Made by a program: the position numbers and the translations under genes. 64,000 bases of DNA. Source: Desulfomonilia bacterium (GTDB taxonomy: Bacteria; Desulfobacterota; Desulfomonilia; UBA1062). The DNA lies in NCBI GenBank assembly GCA_963664325.2, contig CAXXDQ010000007.1, positions 608,001 to 672,000 of the forward strand, read 5' to 3'. Shown piece by piece: positions 40,419 to 51,028 of the stretch; positions within the stretch are counted from its first letter, which is position 1; every line of letters begins with the position of its first letter. The notes under the pieces were generated by a model. That model had not been told where the DNA came from and did not search any database. It saw only the letters and a program-made list of their open reading frames with translations.

Positions 40419-41852
40419 CTATTTCTCAATTCCACATTCCTTAATTTTGTACAACAGCGCTTTATAGCTTATCTGAAGAAGGTCAGCTGCCTTTTTCTTG
40501 TTCCAGTTTGTTCCATGAAGCGCCCTTAAAATCATTTCTCTTTCTGCCTTTACAGCCGCTTCCTTGGCGACATCTTTCAGTGGGATAATAGTGGACAGGT
40601 CGACATCATGTGATTCCTTCTGAATCTGTCCCTTTAATGACGCATCCTTTACCTCCTGTCTGAATTCCGTCTGCACGGAAGAAACCTGGGACAGATACCG
40701 CTCCAGATCTTCCACATTTCCGAGAATTACAACCCGTTTGACCAGGTTTTTAAGTTCACGGATATTCCCTGGCCAGGGATATGAAGTTAACAATGGATAA
40801 ACCCGGTCCTTATCGACATTTATATGTTTTGCATACTTCTCGTTATATGTTTCAAGAAAATATTCAAAAAGATATTGAATATCCTCCGGACGTTCCGAAA
40901 GAGGCGGAAGATTAATGTTAACAACGTTGAGCCTGTAATAAATGTCTTCCCTGAATTTTCCTTCTTCAACTGCTTTTTTAAGGTCCCTGTTGGTTGCGGC
41001 TATCACCCTGACATTCACCCGCACATCCTGCTTGCCGCCCAGCCTTGAAAAAGAACCTTCCTGCAGCACCTGAAGAAGCTTTGACTGTATTGCCAGATCA
41101 ATCTCACCGATTTCATCCAGGAAGATGGTTCCGTTGTTGGCCAGTTCGAACTTGCCTGCCTTCGATTTGTATGCACCCGTAAAAGCACCCCGGTCATATC
41201 CGAACAGTTCGCTCTCCAGAAGTTCGTGCGGAAGCGCCGCACAATTGACTTTTACAAACGGTTTGTCTCTGAGGTTTGAACGGTAATGCAGCGAACGGGC
41301 GATAAGTTCTTTTCCAGTACCGCTTTCTCCTTCAATAAGAACGCTCACATCCGTGTCGGCTACCTGCTCAATCAGATCCTTGATTTTTTGCATTTTAGGA
41401 GAAACAAAAATGAAATCCCCTTTAAGTTCATCAATTCTGAGTTTCTTTTTCAGACTTGTAATTTCGGCAATTAGTTTTCTTTTTTCAATTGATTTGCTTA
41501 TTGCCAGTTCAAGTTCCTCTTCCTCAAATGGTTTTACAAGGTAATCACTAGCTCCGGCCTTCATGGCCTTGACAATGATACCCGTCTGTCCAAGAGCGCT
41601 CAGCATGATTACAGGGAGTTCCTTGGATGTCTTTTTAATCTCATTTAATGTTTCAAGACCGTCCATGTCAGGCATAAGAATATCAAGAAGGACTACAGCA
41701 ATATCGGGATTCACTCTGAGGTGACTAAGGGCGTCTTTGCCACTCGAAGCGGTTATTACTTCAAATCCGCTCATGTTGAGCAGTCTGGATATGTACCCTC
41801 TTATACTATCATCATCGTCAACGATAAGGATCTTGAATTTATCTCCAATCAT
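40419..41852 (-). CDS. Sigma-54-dependent response regulator (NtrC family)
   Basis: Receiver domain (VDDD, LDILMP), GESGTGKE, ESELFG, GAFTGA, FLDEI, WPGNIREL, Fis-type HTH. Confidence 0.95.
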   Translation of the reverse strand: MIGDKFKILIVDDDDSIRGYISRLLNMSGFEVITASSGKDALSHLRVNPDIAVVLLDILMPDMDGLETLNEIKKTSKELPVIMLSALGQTGIIVKAMKAGASDYLVKPFEEEELELAISKSIEKRKLIAEITSLKKKLRIDELKGDFIFVSPKMQKIKDLIEQVADTDVSVLIEGESGTGKELIARSLHYRSNLRDKPFVKVNCAALPHELLESELFGYDRGAFTGAYKSKAGKFELANNGTIFLDEIGEIDLAIQSKLLQVLQEGSFSRLGGKQDVRVNVRVIAATNRDLKKAVEEGKFREDIYYRLNVVNINLPPLSERPEDIQYLFEYFLETYNEKYAKHINVDKDRVYPLLTSYPWPGNIRELKNLVKRVVILGNVEDLERYLSQVSSVQTEFRQEVKDASLKGQIQKESHDVDLSTIIPLKDVAKEAAVKAEREMILRALHGTNWNKKKAADLLQISYKALLYKIKECGIEK

Positions 41853-41890
41853 TTACACCGCTCAATGAAATTTATTAATTCATAAATACA

Positions 41891-43879
41891 TTAATCATTA
41901 TCGGTGTTCAAGGGGATTGTTACTACAAAGATACCGCCTACATCAGACGGTTTTACTTCAATCATCCCACCATGTGCATGGATTATCTCTTTAGTTATTG
42001 CCAGCCCCAGACCTATCCCGCGCCTCGAATTACCGCTTATACCGACAAAAAATTCATTGAAAAGGTCTTTTGCCTCTTCTTCCTTTACACCGGGACCCGA
42101 GTCAATAACCGATATTTCTGCAGTTTCCTGTTTCAAAATCTTATTTAAATCCTGACTCCCCTCTGTCTGTACCAGCTTCACCCTCACCAGACCATTTTCA
42201 CTGGAGTGCTTGATCGCGTTGTCAATAAGGTTTGTCAAAGCCTGCTCTATGCGAAGAAGATCAACATATGCGGAGCGAATAAACTCATCGGCTTCCAGCA
42301 CTATTGATATTCCTTTTTCATCCGCCTTGATCTGCATGTCCCGTACAACATGCCTCATGAGATCATACAAATCCACCTGTTGCCTGTTTAAAGTAAGTTT
42401 ACCTGAGTTTATTCTAGCAAAATCAAGAAGTGCGTTCGTAAAATTGACCAGTTTCTCACAGTGCTTTTCGATTTCTTCAATGCATTCCTGCTGGGATGAA
42501 CTGAGCCTGCCTGTTATATCTTTTGCAAGCATCCTCACATAACCCCTGAGCACTGTAAGGGGTACCCGTATTTCATGAGAAGCGACATGGAGAAATCTGG
42601 TTTTAAGGGCCAGCAGTTCCTTTTTGCTGGTAATATCTCTTACCATGCCGACGAAGCAGTTCCCCCCGTTTATATTCAGTTTGCCTACGCTTATTTCAAG
42701 GGTTACCTGTGTACCATCTTTCCGGTTTGTAACAACTTCGAGATTCGGGATAAAACCGTTTGGACTTACACCCCGTAATGTTATTGCAATCCCTTTTACC
42801 GCATCTCTTGATATAAAATGCCTGTAATGTCTGTTGAAAAGCTCATCCGTGCAATATCCGAGCATCTCCTGGAATTTTTTGTTGGTAATGATGAACCTTC
42901 CGTCTTTCAGCATGTACATCGCGTCTGTTGCACTTTCAATAAGCTCCCTATACTGATCTTCAATTTTTTTGAATTCCCTTTCCCTTAAACGATCAAGGGT
43001 GACGTCGCGAATGCTTGCAATGACCTGCAATCTCGGCTTTACAGGCAGCAGTGAAAATTCAAAATTCAGGACCCGTCCATTATGCTTTTTGTCAATTGAA
43101 AACGATTCCATATCGGGCCTTATGTTTTTTTGAATTTCTTTTCCTATAACCTCAGCAATATTCTCTCCCTGAGTGAGTCCTGTCATTTCAAAGGCCTTCC
43201 GGTTCAGCATGACTACATCCCCATTGGAATCACATGTGATGACACCTATTGAAATATAACCGAACATGCCTATAGCCTGTTTTCTGAACTCGGACACAGC
43301 ATGATCGGTCATTGATAGTTCATCCCTGAGCAGCGTATTGATGTCATCAACTTCACGCATGAGCCTTGCATTTCTGAGCGCAAGGGCTGCTGGGGCCAGG
43401 ATTATGTTCATAAGTGAGAGGTCTTGTTTTGTGAATACGGCTTTTCTGGAATGGCTTATATTCAAAACGCCGACAAGCTCCTTTTTTCCATATATCATCG
43501 GAAGACTCATCAATGATCGCACTTTGACCTTCATTTCACTGGCTTCAATCAACGGATTGGACATTATATCACCGAGAATTACCGGCTCTAATGTTTGAGC
43601 AACCTTTCCCGCAATACCCTCTCCTATTTGCAAATTAAGGCCCAGGGATTCTTCGGAGTATCTGCTGGTTTCATCCAGCTTTCCTTTTGCAGCCCTGATT
43701 TCAAGGAATTTTCCATTACGCGACGGCATCATGATTGATGCATTTTCGGCATTAGCCTCTTCAATGACTATATCGAGAATGGCACCGGCAACAGCTTCAA
43801 CATCCGGCGCATATGATATGGCCTGATTTACTTTCTTCAGTATGGTTAATTCTTTTGTGCGTAAATCGTTCATTGCCAT
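41891..43879 (-). CDS. GAF/PAS sensor histidine kinase
   Basis: GAF (GEGIAG), PAS (RKDG), H-box ASHEIRVPLT, NLIDNAIK, DSGPG, GIGLGL. Confidence 0.92.
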   Translation of the reverse strand: MAMNDLRTKELTILKKVNQAISYAPDVEAVAGAILDIVIEEANAENASIMMPSRNGKFLEIRAAKGKLDETSRYSEESLGLNLQIGEGIAGKVAQTLEPVILGDIMSNPLIEASEMKVKVRSLMSLPMIYGKKELVGVLNISHSRKAVFTKQDLSLMNIILAPAALALRNARLMREVDDINTLLRDELSMTDHAVSEFRKQAIGMFGYISIGVITCDSNGDVVMLNRKAFEMTGLTQGENIAEVIGKEIQKNIRPDMESFSIDKKHNGRVLNFEFSLLPVKPRLQVIASIRDVTLDRLREREFKKIEDQYRELIESATDAMYMLKDGRFIITNKKFQEMLGYCTDELFNRHYRHFISRDAVKGIAITLRGVSPNGFIPNLEVVTNRKDGTQVTLEISVGKLNINGGNCFVGMVRDITSKKELLALKTRFLHVASHEIRVPLTVLRGYVRMLAKDITGRLSSSQQECIEEIEKHCEKLVNFTNALLDFARINSGKLTLNRQQVDLYDLMRHVVRDMQIKADEKGISIVLEADEFIRSAYVDLLRIEQALTNLIDNAIKHSSENGLVRVKLVQTEGSQDLNKILKQETAEISVIDSGPGVKEEEAKDLFNEFFVGISGNSRRGIGLGLAITKEIIHAHGGMIEVKPSDVGGIFVVTIPLNTDND

Positions 43880-43894
43880 CCCGGGTTAAAATGC

Positions 43895-45376
43895 TTAACG
43901 GTTACGCCTTTTAGCTTTTTTAGCAAGCTTTCTTTTATCCTTTCTCTTCTGTTCGTCCGCTTTCAAGTCTACCATGACTCTTTTCGGAGCATGATCAGGC
44001 ATCTGATCCATAAACATGTTGGCCATGCCTCCAAGCCCCATTTTAGCAAGGCCTTTTTTGTTTCCCTGTCCCAGGTTGCGCATCATATTGCGCATCATTT
44101 TGAACCTGCCGACAAGCCCTGTTACCTGTTCTGACGGCTGGCCGCTTCCTTTCGCAATTCTATGTAGCCTGCTCTCGTTAAGGATATCTGGAAACTGTCT
44201 TTCCTGTTTCGTCATTGAGTTGATCATTGCTTCAACCCTTACAAGTTCCCTGTCATCCACCTTCAGCCCCTGCGGCACTCCAAGCTGACCAAGCGGAAGC
44301 TTATCTAATATATCGGCCAAAGACCCCATTTTCTTAATCATCCGGAGCTGCTTGACGAAGTCATCAAAGGTAAAATCTCCCTTTAACATCTTCATTGCAT
44401 CCTCTTCGGCCTTTTTCTCATCAACTACCTGTTCGAAATCCTTAACAAGCCCAACTACGTCACCGAAGCCAAGGATCCGGGATGCAAGTCCCTCGGGTCT
44501 GAACTCTTCAAGCCTGTCAAGCGATTCTCCCATTCCGAGGAATTTTATAGGTTTTCCGGTGACCTGCTTGATGGATATGGCCGCTCCTCCCCTGGCATCC
44601 CCGTCAAGTTTGGTCAGGATAAAACCTGATATGCCAAGCCTGCGGTCGAACTCGCCGGCGACATTGACCGAGTCCTGGCCAATCATCGCATCTACGACAA
44701 GAAGGATGTCATCGGGGTTGGTAAACGACTTTATCTCTTCAAGCTCCCTCATGAGAATATCGTCGACAATCGTGCGGCCCGCCGTATCGAAAAGAACGAC
44801 ATCGCAGCCCTTGAATCTGGCGGCTTCCATGGAATCCCTGCATATGTCGGGAGGATTTTTACCCGGCGCATGAAAGACCGGCATGTTAAGTCTTCCGCCA
44901 AGCACCTTAAGCTGTTCGATAGCCGCAGGACGGTAGATATCCGCCGCAACCAGCATGGGTTTTTTACCCTGTTTCTCCAGGTGCCGGGCTAATTTTGCCG
45001 TGGTCGTGGTTTTACCGCTTCCCTGGAGACCAACCATCATTATGGAAGAAACCGGCTTGGATTTAAGGCTGAGACTCGTATCAACAGGTCCCATAATGGC
45101 CGCAAGTTCGTCATAGCATATCTTTATAAAATGTTGATCCGGTGAGACCCTTATTTTCTTGCCGGCATGGCTAATTCTTGTCCTGACGATTTCTCCGACT
45201 GCCTTGTCCTTTACTGTTTCCAGAAAATTTTTCACTACATGGAATTCAACATCCGCCTCGAGCATGGATATGCGTATCTCTTTTATTGCATCCTCGATAT
45301 TGTTCTCCTGCAGAGTGGTTTTACCCTGCAATATCTCCTGAGCCTTTTTAAAGCCGCCGGATATAAGTTCAAGCAT
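43895..45376 (-). CDS. ffh: Signal recognition particle protein
   Basis: LEADV, GLQGSGKTTT, DIYRPAA, DTAGR, TKLDGDARGG, SMT..ER, RIAKGSG. Confidence 0.96.
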   Translation of the reverse strand: MLELISGGFKKAQEILQGKTTLQENNIEDAIKEIRISMLEADVEFHVVKNFLETVKDKAVGEIVRTRISHAGKKIRVSPDQHFIKICYDELAAIMGPVDTSLSLKSKPVSSIMMVGLQGSGKTTTTAKLARHLEKQGKKPMLVAADIYRPAAIEQLKVLGGRLNMPVFHAPGKNPPDICRDSMEAARFKGCDVVLFDTAGRTIVDDILMRELEEIKSFTNPDDILLVVDAMIGQDSVNVAGEFDRRLGISGFILTKLDGDARGGAAISIKQVTGKPIKFLGMGESLDRLEEFRPEGLASRILGFGDVVGLVKDFEQVVDEKKAEEDAMKMLKGDFTFDDFVKQLRMIKKMGSLADILDKLPLGQLGVPQGLKVDDRELVRVEAMINSMTKQERQFPDILNESRLHRIAKGSGQPSEQVTGLVGRFKMMRNMMRNLGQGNKKGLAKMGLGGMANMFMDQMPDHAPKRVMVDLKADEQKRKDKRKLAKKAKRRNR

Positions 45377-45536
45377 AATCTTTCTCCTGGATTATTTAGA
45401 ATTATTACCGTATCCGATAAAGTCATTGTGTGTCAATCTTCAGGTCTCTGACCGGAAAATATTCTGTATTAAAGCTCAGGAATTTATGGCAGATACAGAA
45501 AGCCTATTAATTAAAATTTGTTAGAGGGAGAAGCAT

Positions 45537-46859
45537 ATGGCTTCAATGAAAATGACTTTAAGGGACAAGACAACCCTGGGTATTCTTGTGGCTATGTCAA
45601 TTTTCCTGCTTGCCGACCAGAGAATAATGTCAGCCATCCTGCCCGAGCTTTCAAGAGAATACGGCGTCAGCGACTGGCAGCTCGGACTGATCGGTTCGGC
45701 TTTCGTGCTAGTCGGTTCTATCGTAAGCATCCTTTTCGGCTATTATACCGACAAGTTCTCACGCAAATGGCTCCTGATCGCCACCGTCCTCGTCGGCGAA
45801 ATCCCATGCCTGTTTTCAGGCCTGCCGTTTTTCACAAAGACCCTCGGCGGTTTCGTGTTCTGGAGGGTCCTTTCCGGTATCGGCGTTGGAGGAATCTTTC
45901 CGATATCGCTGTCTCTTCTAGCCGACTACTTCAAGGAAGAGCACAGAGCCACGGCTTCGGCATGGCTGCAGACCGCATGGGCCGTGGGGTCGATCGTGGG
46001 GGTGGCAGTTGCAGGTTTCATGACCAACAAATACGGCTGGCGCATATCATTTGTCCTCATTGCGCTGCCTAACCTCCCGCTGGCCCTGATATTCGCCCTG
46101 TTCGCAAAAGACCCGCAAAGGGGACGGACGGAAGACGCGCTTGAAGACCTGATACAGAAAGGACTCGCATACAAACAGGTGATCCGCCTCAGGGATTTCA
46201 AGATCATATTCGGCAACAGGACTAATTTCTGGACCTTCATTCAGGCGATCCCGGGGACCGTACCGTGGGGCATACTCGGATACTGGATAATACACTTCTT
46301 CGAAAACGTGAGGCATGTTTCAAAGGAGAAGGCTACCACCATCTTCCTCGTCCTGGGCCTCGGCGCAACTCTGGGAATAATATTCTTCGGCTATATAGGT
46401 GAATGGCTGTACAGGAAAAACCCGAAATACAACCCACTCATGTGCGGCGCCATAGTCCTGCTGGGATGCATCCCTGCCTTCATGCTCATCAACATAAGCT
46501 TTGACGCTTCAGGCGCCGGCTTTTATACATATCTCTTCCTGGCATTCTGTATGGGATTCCTGGTGGTCGTCGCAGCCCCCAACTGCAAAGCAATCCTCAT
46601 GAACGTGAACCGGCCTGAGCACAGGGGCACCGTTTTCGCATGCTTCAACATCACCGAGAATATCAACCAGGGACTGGGACCAATGATCGGAGGGCTTCTG
46701 CTTCCGTTCGGTTATCTGTTCATGATGAACTTCTCCATATTCTGGTGGATTCCTTGCGGGCTTATGCTGCTGATAGTCGCAAGATTCATAACGATTGACA
46801 GGGACGCTCTCAGGAAACTGCTCGAGGAGCGCGCCGAAGAGATGAAAAAAGGATCATGA
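45537..46859 (+). CDS. MFS transporter
   Basis: About 12 TM helices; motif A GYYTDKFSRK; R.LSG.G.GG. Confidence 0.88.
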   Translation: MASMKMTLRDKTTLGILVAMSIFLLADQRIMSAILPELSREYGVSDWQLGLIGSAFVLVGSIVSILFGYYTDKFSRKWLLIATVLVGEIPCLFSGLPFFTKTLGGFVFWRVLSGIGVGGIFPISLSLLADYFKEEHRATASAWLQTAWAVGSIVGVAVAGFMTNKYGWRISFVLIALPNLPLALIFALFAKDPQRGRTEDALEDLIQKGLAYKQVIRLRDFKIIFGNRTNFWTFIQAIPGTVPWGILGYWIIHFFENVRHVSKEKATTIFLVLGLGATLGIIFFGYIGEWLYRKNPKYNPLMCGAIVLLGCIPAFMLINISFDASGAGFYTYLFLAFCMGFLVVVAAPNCKAILMNVNRPEHRGTVFACFNITENINQGLGPMIGGLLLPFGYLFMMNFSIFWWIPCGLMLLIVARFITIDRDALRKLLEERAEEMKKGS

Positions 46860-46872
46860 CCCGGAGGTTTAT

Positions 46873-49053
46873 ATGGCTATTTCTTACGATAAAGATAAGG
46901 GTATTTTCAAACTCAGGGCAGGCACATCAGACTATATAATGAAAACAGCATGGGGTGATCTCGTACACCTCTACTGGGGAAAAACGGTAACTGACGCCGA
47001 TCTCTCGCCGTTCATACGTCAGGCGATAAGGGTCTACTCGCCGGACACGCATCCGGGAGAATTCGTATCGTACGACTTTCTGCCGCTCGAATACCCGTTC
47101 TACGGCACTGGCGATTTCAGGCAGCCCGCGTTTCAGGTGCAAACCGCGGACGGCTACAGGCTGACCGAGCCTAAATATCAGGCTCACAGAATCATAAAGG
47201 GCAAACCCGCTCTTGTTGGCCTGCCTTCAACCTATGTTGAAAACGATGATGAGGCCGAAACCCTTATAATCGACATGTACGACCCGCTTATCAGATTGAA
47301 GGTCGAACTGACTTATACAGCTTTTGAAAAGTACAACGCCATTGCACGCTCGGTAAAATTCATCAACGAGAGCGATGCAAAGGTCAAGCTTATGAGGGCG
47401 CTTTCCTTCAGCATCGATTTCATGAAATGCGACTACGATATGCTTCAGCTTTCCGGCTCGTGGGGCCGCGAGCGGCATATACACAAGAGGCCGCTCGTTC
47501 CGGGCACCCATTCCATAGAGAGCAGACGCGGCGTGAGCAGCCACCAGCAGAACCCGTTCATCGCCCTGCTCGACAAAGACGCAGGCGAGGACAACGGCAG
47601 CGTCTACGGCTTTTCTCTCGTATACAGCGGATCTTTCCTGGGCTCGGTCGAAGTTGAACAGTATGACTATGCCAGGGTCGCCATGGGCATAAACCCGTTT
47701 GATTTCGGCTGGACACTCGATCCGGGTGAAAGCTTCCAGGCGCCAGAGGCGATTCTTGTATATTCCGGCACCGGACTCACCGGCATGTCGCAGACATACC
47801 ACGGGCTTTATTCGAAAAGTCTCTGCAGAGGCGTTTACAGGGACAGGGAGCGGCCGGTATGCATAAACAACTGGGAGGCCACTTACTTCGCGTTCAACGA
47901 GGAGCATCTCGTTGCCATAGCTGCCGACTTCAAGGAACTGGGTGCCGAGATTTTCGTAGTTGACGACGGGTGGTTCGGAAAGAGGGACGACGACTCGTCC
48001 TCTCTTGGCGACTGGTTCGTCAATAAGGATAAGCTGCCCGGCGGACTCAAATCCCTCGGAGAAAAGGTCCTTGCCCTGGGCATGGAGTTCGGTGTCTGGG
48101 TCGAGCCGGAGATGATATCGAAGAACAGCGAACTCTACCGCGCACATCCGGACTGGTGCATACACGCGCCGGGCAGGAGGCAGACCGAATCCCGCAACCA
48201 GCTCGTCCTGGACCTGTCCCGTGCCGACGTATGCGAATACGTGACAAGCGTGCTCAGCGAGGTATTTTCAAGCGCGCCGATCACATATGTCAAGTGGGAC
48301 ATGAACAGGAGCCTTACGGAAATAGGTTCCGCCCTGGCGTCGCCCGAACGTCAGATCGAGACGGCGCACCGCTTTGTCCTTGGTCTTTACAGCATACTCG
48401 AAACACTTACGGCGAAATTCCCTGGCATTCTTTTCGAGAGCTGCGCCAGCGGCGGCGGCAGGACCGACCCCGGCATGTTGGCATACATGCCGCAGACGTG
48501 GATAAGCGACGACACCGATGCATTCGAGCGCATAAAGATACAGCACGGCACCAGCATCATATATCCGCCGATAAGCATCGAAGTGCATGTCTCGGCGTCG
48601 CCCAACCATCAGATACACCGGATGACCCCCATGATGACGCGCCTGCATGCAGGCATGGCCGCCAACTTCGGCTTCGAGATTGACGCATCCAAACTTACCG
48701 CTCAGGAAAGGGATCTGATAAAGGCGAACATCGCCCTTTACAAGGAGATCAGGCCGATAATCCAGTTCGGCGGCTTCTTCAGGCTCTTAAGCCCGTTCGA
48801 TGGAAACGAGACCGCCTGGATATACGTCACAGAAGACAGGGAAAAGGCCGTGCTCTTCTATTTCAAGAAAACGGCGGGCGCGCATGAGCCGTTCAAGACC
48901 TTAAGGCTGAAGGGGCTCGCGCCGGACAAGAGATACACCCTCGTAGGCCTTGGCCAGTCCTTCAGCGGAGACACTCTAATGAATGCAGGCATCAACACCC
49001 CCGGCGTGATAGGCGATTTCGGCAGTTCGATGATCCGGCTGTACAGCGAATGA
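46873..49053 (+). CDS. Alpha-galactosidase (GH36)
   Basis: G.WGRE, SSHQQNP, NNWEATYF, DDGWFG, GDW, WVEPEM, YVKWDMN, ESCASGGGR.D, W.SD.TD. Confidence 0.93.
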   Translation: MAISYDKDKGIFKLRAGTSDYIMKTAWGDLVHLYWGKTVTDADLSPFIRQAIRVYSPDTHPGEFVSYDFLPLEYPFYGTGDFRQPAFQVQTADGYRLTEPKYQAHRIIKGKPALVGLPSTYVENDDEAETLIIDMYDPLIRLKVELTYTAFEKYNAIARSVKFINESDAKVKLMRALSFSIDFMKCDYDMLQLSGSWGRERHIHKRPLVPGTHSIESRRGVSSHQQNPFIALLDKDAGEDNGSVYGFSLVYSGSFLGSVEVEQYDYARVAMGINPFDFGWTLDPGESFQAPEAILVYSGTGLTGMSQTYHGLYSKSLCRGVYRDRERPVCINNWEATYFAFNEEHLVAIAADFKELGAEIFVVDDGWFGKRDDDSSSLGDWFVNKDKLPGGLKSLGEKVLALGMEFGVWVEPEMISKNSELYRAHPDWCIHAPGRRQTESRNQLVLDLSRADVCEYVTSVLSEVFSSAPITYVKWDMNRSLTEIGSALASPERQIETAHRFVLGLYSILETLTAKFPGILFESCASGGGRTDPGMLAYMPQTWISDDTDAFERIKIQHGTSIIYPPISIEVHVSASPNHQIHRMTPMMTRLHAGMAANFGFEIDASKLTAQERDLIKANIALYKEIRPIIQFGGFFRLLSPFDGNETAWIYVTEDREKAVLFYFKKTAGAHEPFKTLRLKGLAPDKRYTLVGLGQSFSGDTLMNAGINTPGVIGDFGSSMIRLYSE

Positions 49054-49064
49054 AAGGTGAAACG

Positions 49065-50036
49065 ATGAAACTTAAATTATCGGTGTTCCTCGGCAATGCA
49101 GGTTCGTGTTCTGACAGGTTCTGCTCGGCCTACGGCAGGCCGTATTCGACAGAGGAGCTTTTTGAAAGGGTCGCGTCTGTGGACGGCATTACCGGTGTGG
49201 ATCTCGTAGGCACTGATGACATCCTTGATAATCTTGATAAGGTGAAAGCCTGCCTCAAGCGCACCGGCCTTTCGGTCGTATCCATTGTGCCGGACCTGTT
49301 TTCTCCGGCCGTATTCAGGCAGGGCACATACTCTTCCATCGACAGGGCGGTCCGCAGCGAGGCGATCGCACATACCAAAAGGGTGATCGATGCAGCCTCG
49401 GAACTCGGCTGCAGCCTTGTCGCCCCATGGCCCGGCCAGGACGGTTATGACTATCTCTTTCAGTCCGACTACGAAACTGAGCGTACGCTTTTCGAAGAGG
49501 CCGTAAAGGAGCTGTGCGATTACAACAGGGATATCAGGATCGGCCTCGAATACAAACCCAAGGAACCGCGCAACCGCTGCTATGCAAGCACAGCGGCCGT
49601 AACGCTCCTGATGCTCATGCAAACCGGCGCCGCCAACTGCGGAGTGGTGCTCGACTACGGCCACGCCCTTTACGCCTATGAAAATCCGGCCGAGGTTGTG
49701 GCGCTCCTACACAAGTACGGCGACAGGCTTATGCACATCCATATCAACGACAACTACCGCTACTGGGACGACGATATGATAGCGGGCAGCGTACATACGC
49801 TCGAATACCTGGAATTCTTCTACTGGCTCAGGCGAACGGACTATTCCGGGTGGGTCACAATCGATCAGTTCCCTTACAGGGAGGACGGCCGGGACGCCAT
49901 TTCAGAGAGCGCCGCATGGCTTACAAAATTTCATGAGATAATTGAAAAGACGGACGCCCAAAAAATCGAAGCAGTATTCAAGAAAAAGGACGCCATCGCA
50001 TCTAGTCGCTTCATGCGCGAGCTGCTTTTCGGATAG
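49065..50036 (+). CDS. Xylose-isomerase-like TIM-barrel sugar isomerase/epimerase
   Basis: WPGQDG.DY, LEYKPKEPR, LDYGH, HIHIND, WDDD, DQFP. Confidence 0.85.
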   Translation: MKLKLSVFLGNAGSCSDRFCSAYGRPYSTEELFERVASVDGITGVDLVGTDDILDNLDKVKACLKRTGLSVVSIVPDLFSPAVFRQGTYSSIDRAVRSEAIAHTKRVIDAASELGCSLVAPWPGQDGYDYLFQSDYETERTLFEEAVKELCDYNRDIRIGLEYKPKEPRNRCYASTAAVTLLMLMQTGAANCGVVLDYGHALYAYENPAEVVALLHKYGDRLMHIHINDNYRYWDDDMIAGSVHTLEYLEFFYWLRRTDYSGWVTIDQFPYREDGRDAISESAAWLTKFHEIIEKTDAQKIEAVFKKKDAIASSRFMRELLFG

Positions 50037-50083
50037 ACTGCTAAAGTGCAACGGCATATTATAAGCTTTAATGGAGGTGGAAC

Positions 50084-50302
50084 ATGGCTCAGGCAAGCAT
50101 TGCTTTACGCATACCAGAAGAAGTCAATAAAACCCTTGAGCAATATGCCAAGCTAATTGATCGTCCAAAGGTCTGGCTCATAAAAAAAGGGATCGACGCC
50201 ATCATTCAGGAAATGGAGGACTTGTCGATAGCTAATGCTAGGCTGAATGACCCTCACTCCGAGTACAGGGATTTCGATGAAATCAGGAAAGAATTAAGCT
50301 GA
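50084..50302 (+). CDS. Ribbon-helix-helix antitoxin-like protein (RelB/CopG type)
   Basis: 72 aa, IALRIPEE..K.L...A....RPK.WLI, acidic tail MEDL..A..RL; strong ggaggtgg RBS. Confidence 0.7.
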   Translation: MAQASIALRIPEEVNKTLEQYAKLIDRPKVWLIKKGIDAIIQEMEDLSIANARLNDPHSEYRDFDEIRKELS

Positions 50303-50344
50303 ACAAATATTAAATAAAGAATTTAACATTGAAGGAAATACAAC

Positions 50345-51028
50345 ATGAGTTATTCTAAAACCATTGTGTGTTTGGCCAACTCATCAAAATCAAATGAAGC
50401 TTGTGTTGCTGGCAAAGTAATTGAATCAGGTAATATTAGAGAATGGCTTAGACCTGTAAGTTCAAGAACAACTCAGGAAATATCAAAAAGAGAAAGATCA
50501 TTTAAAAATGGTTCGGAGATTAGTCTTCTTGATATTGTAACAATAGGTTTTGAAAAGCCTATTCAAGTATCTCATCAGTCCGAAAATCACCTAATAGAAG
50601 CTGGAATTAAATGGGAAAAGATTGGTATTTATGAATGGGCAAATATCCCCAAGCTAGTTGATAATCCTGACACACTATGGAGCAATAGTGATAGTAGCAA
50701 GCATGGGTTGAACAATCGGCTAACTGTTGAAGAGGCAAAACTATTCAATTGTTCACTCTACTTGGTCTATGTTGATAAGGTAGAATTGAATATTTGTCCA
50801 AAAGCACCACAATTTGGTGATATGAAAAGAATTATTCTGGCTAGTTTTAAGTATAAGAATTGTTCATATCGAATTGATGTAAAAGACCCCTATTTTTATC
50901 AGCGAGATGATGGGAAATATATTACAGAATCAGCTTATCTATGTATAAGTCTTACTGAACCATATAAAAAAGATGGGTTATGTTACAAGATCATTGCCGC
51001 GATTTTTTATGAGGAGCGGTTCAAATGA
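50345..51028 (+). CDS. Dual OB-fold-like protein
   Basis: IVCLANS.K....CVAG, WLRPV, LLD.V, HQ.EN, SL, Y...V.DP, ISL.EP, CYK.IAA pattern; coupled to DUF488 gene. Confidence 0.65.
   Translation: MSYSKTIVCLANSSKSNEACVAGKVIESGNIREWLRPVSSRTTQEISKRERSFKNGSEISLLDIVTIGFEKPIQVSHQSENHLIEAGIKWEKIGIYEWANIPKLVDNPDTLWSNSDSSKHGLNNRLTVEEAKLFNCSLYLVYVDKVELNICPKAPQFGDMKRIILASFKYKNCSYRIDVKDPYFYQRDDGKYITESAYLCISLTEPYKKDGLCYKIIAAIFYEERFK

Noticed and set aside
47227-48165. 312-aa antisense ORF within GH36, and similar long shadow ORFs in dsrK, ffh and glf
   Set aside because: Fully overlap well-supported genes on the opposite strand and show no motifs; expected from codon bias.
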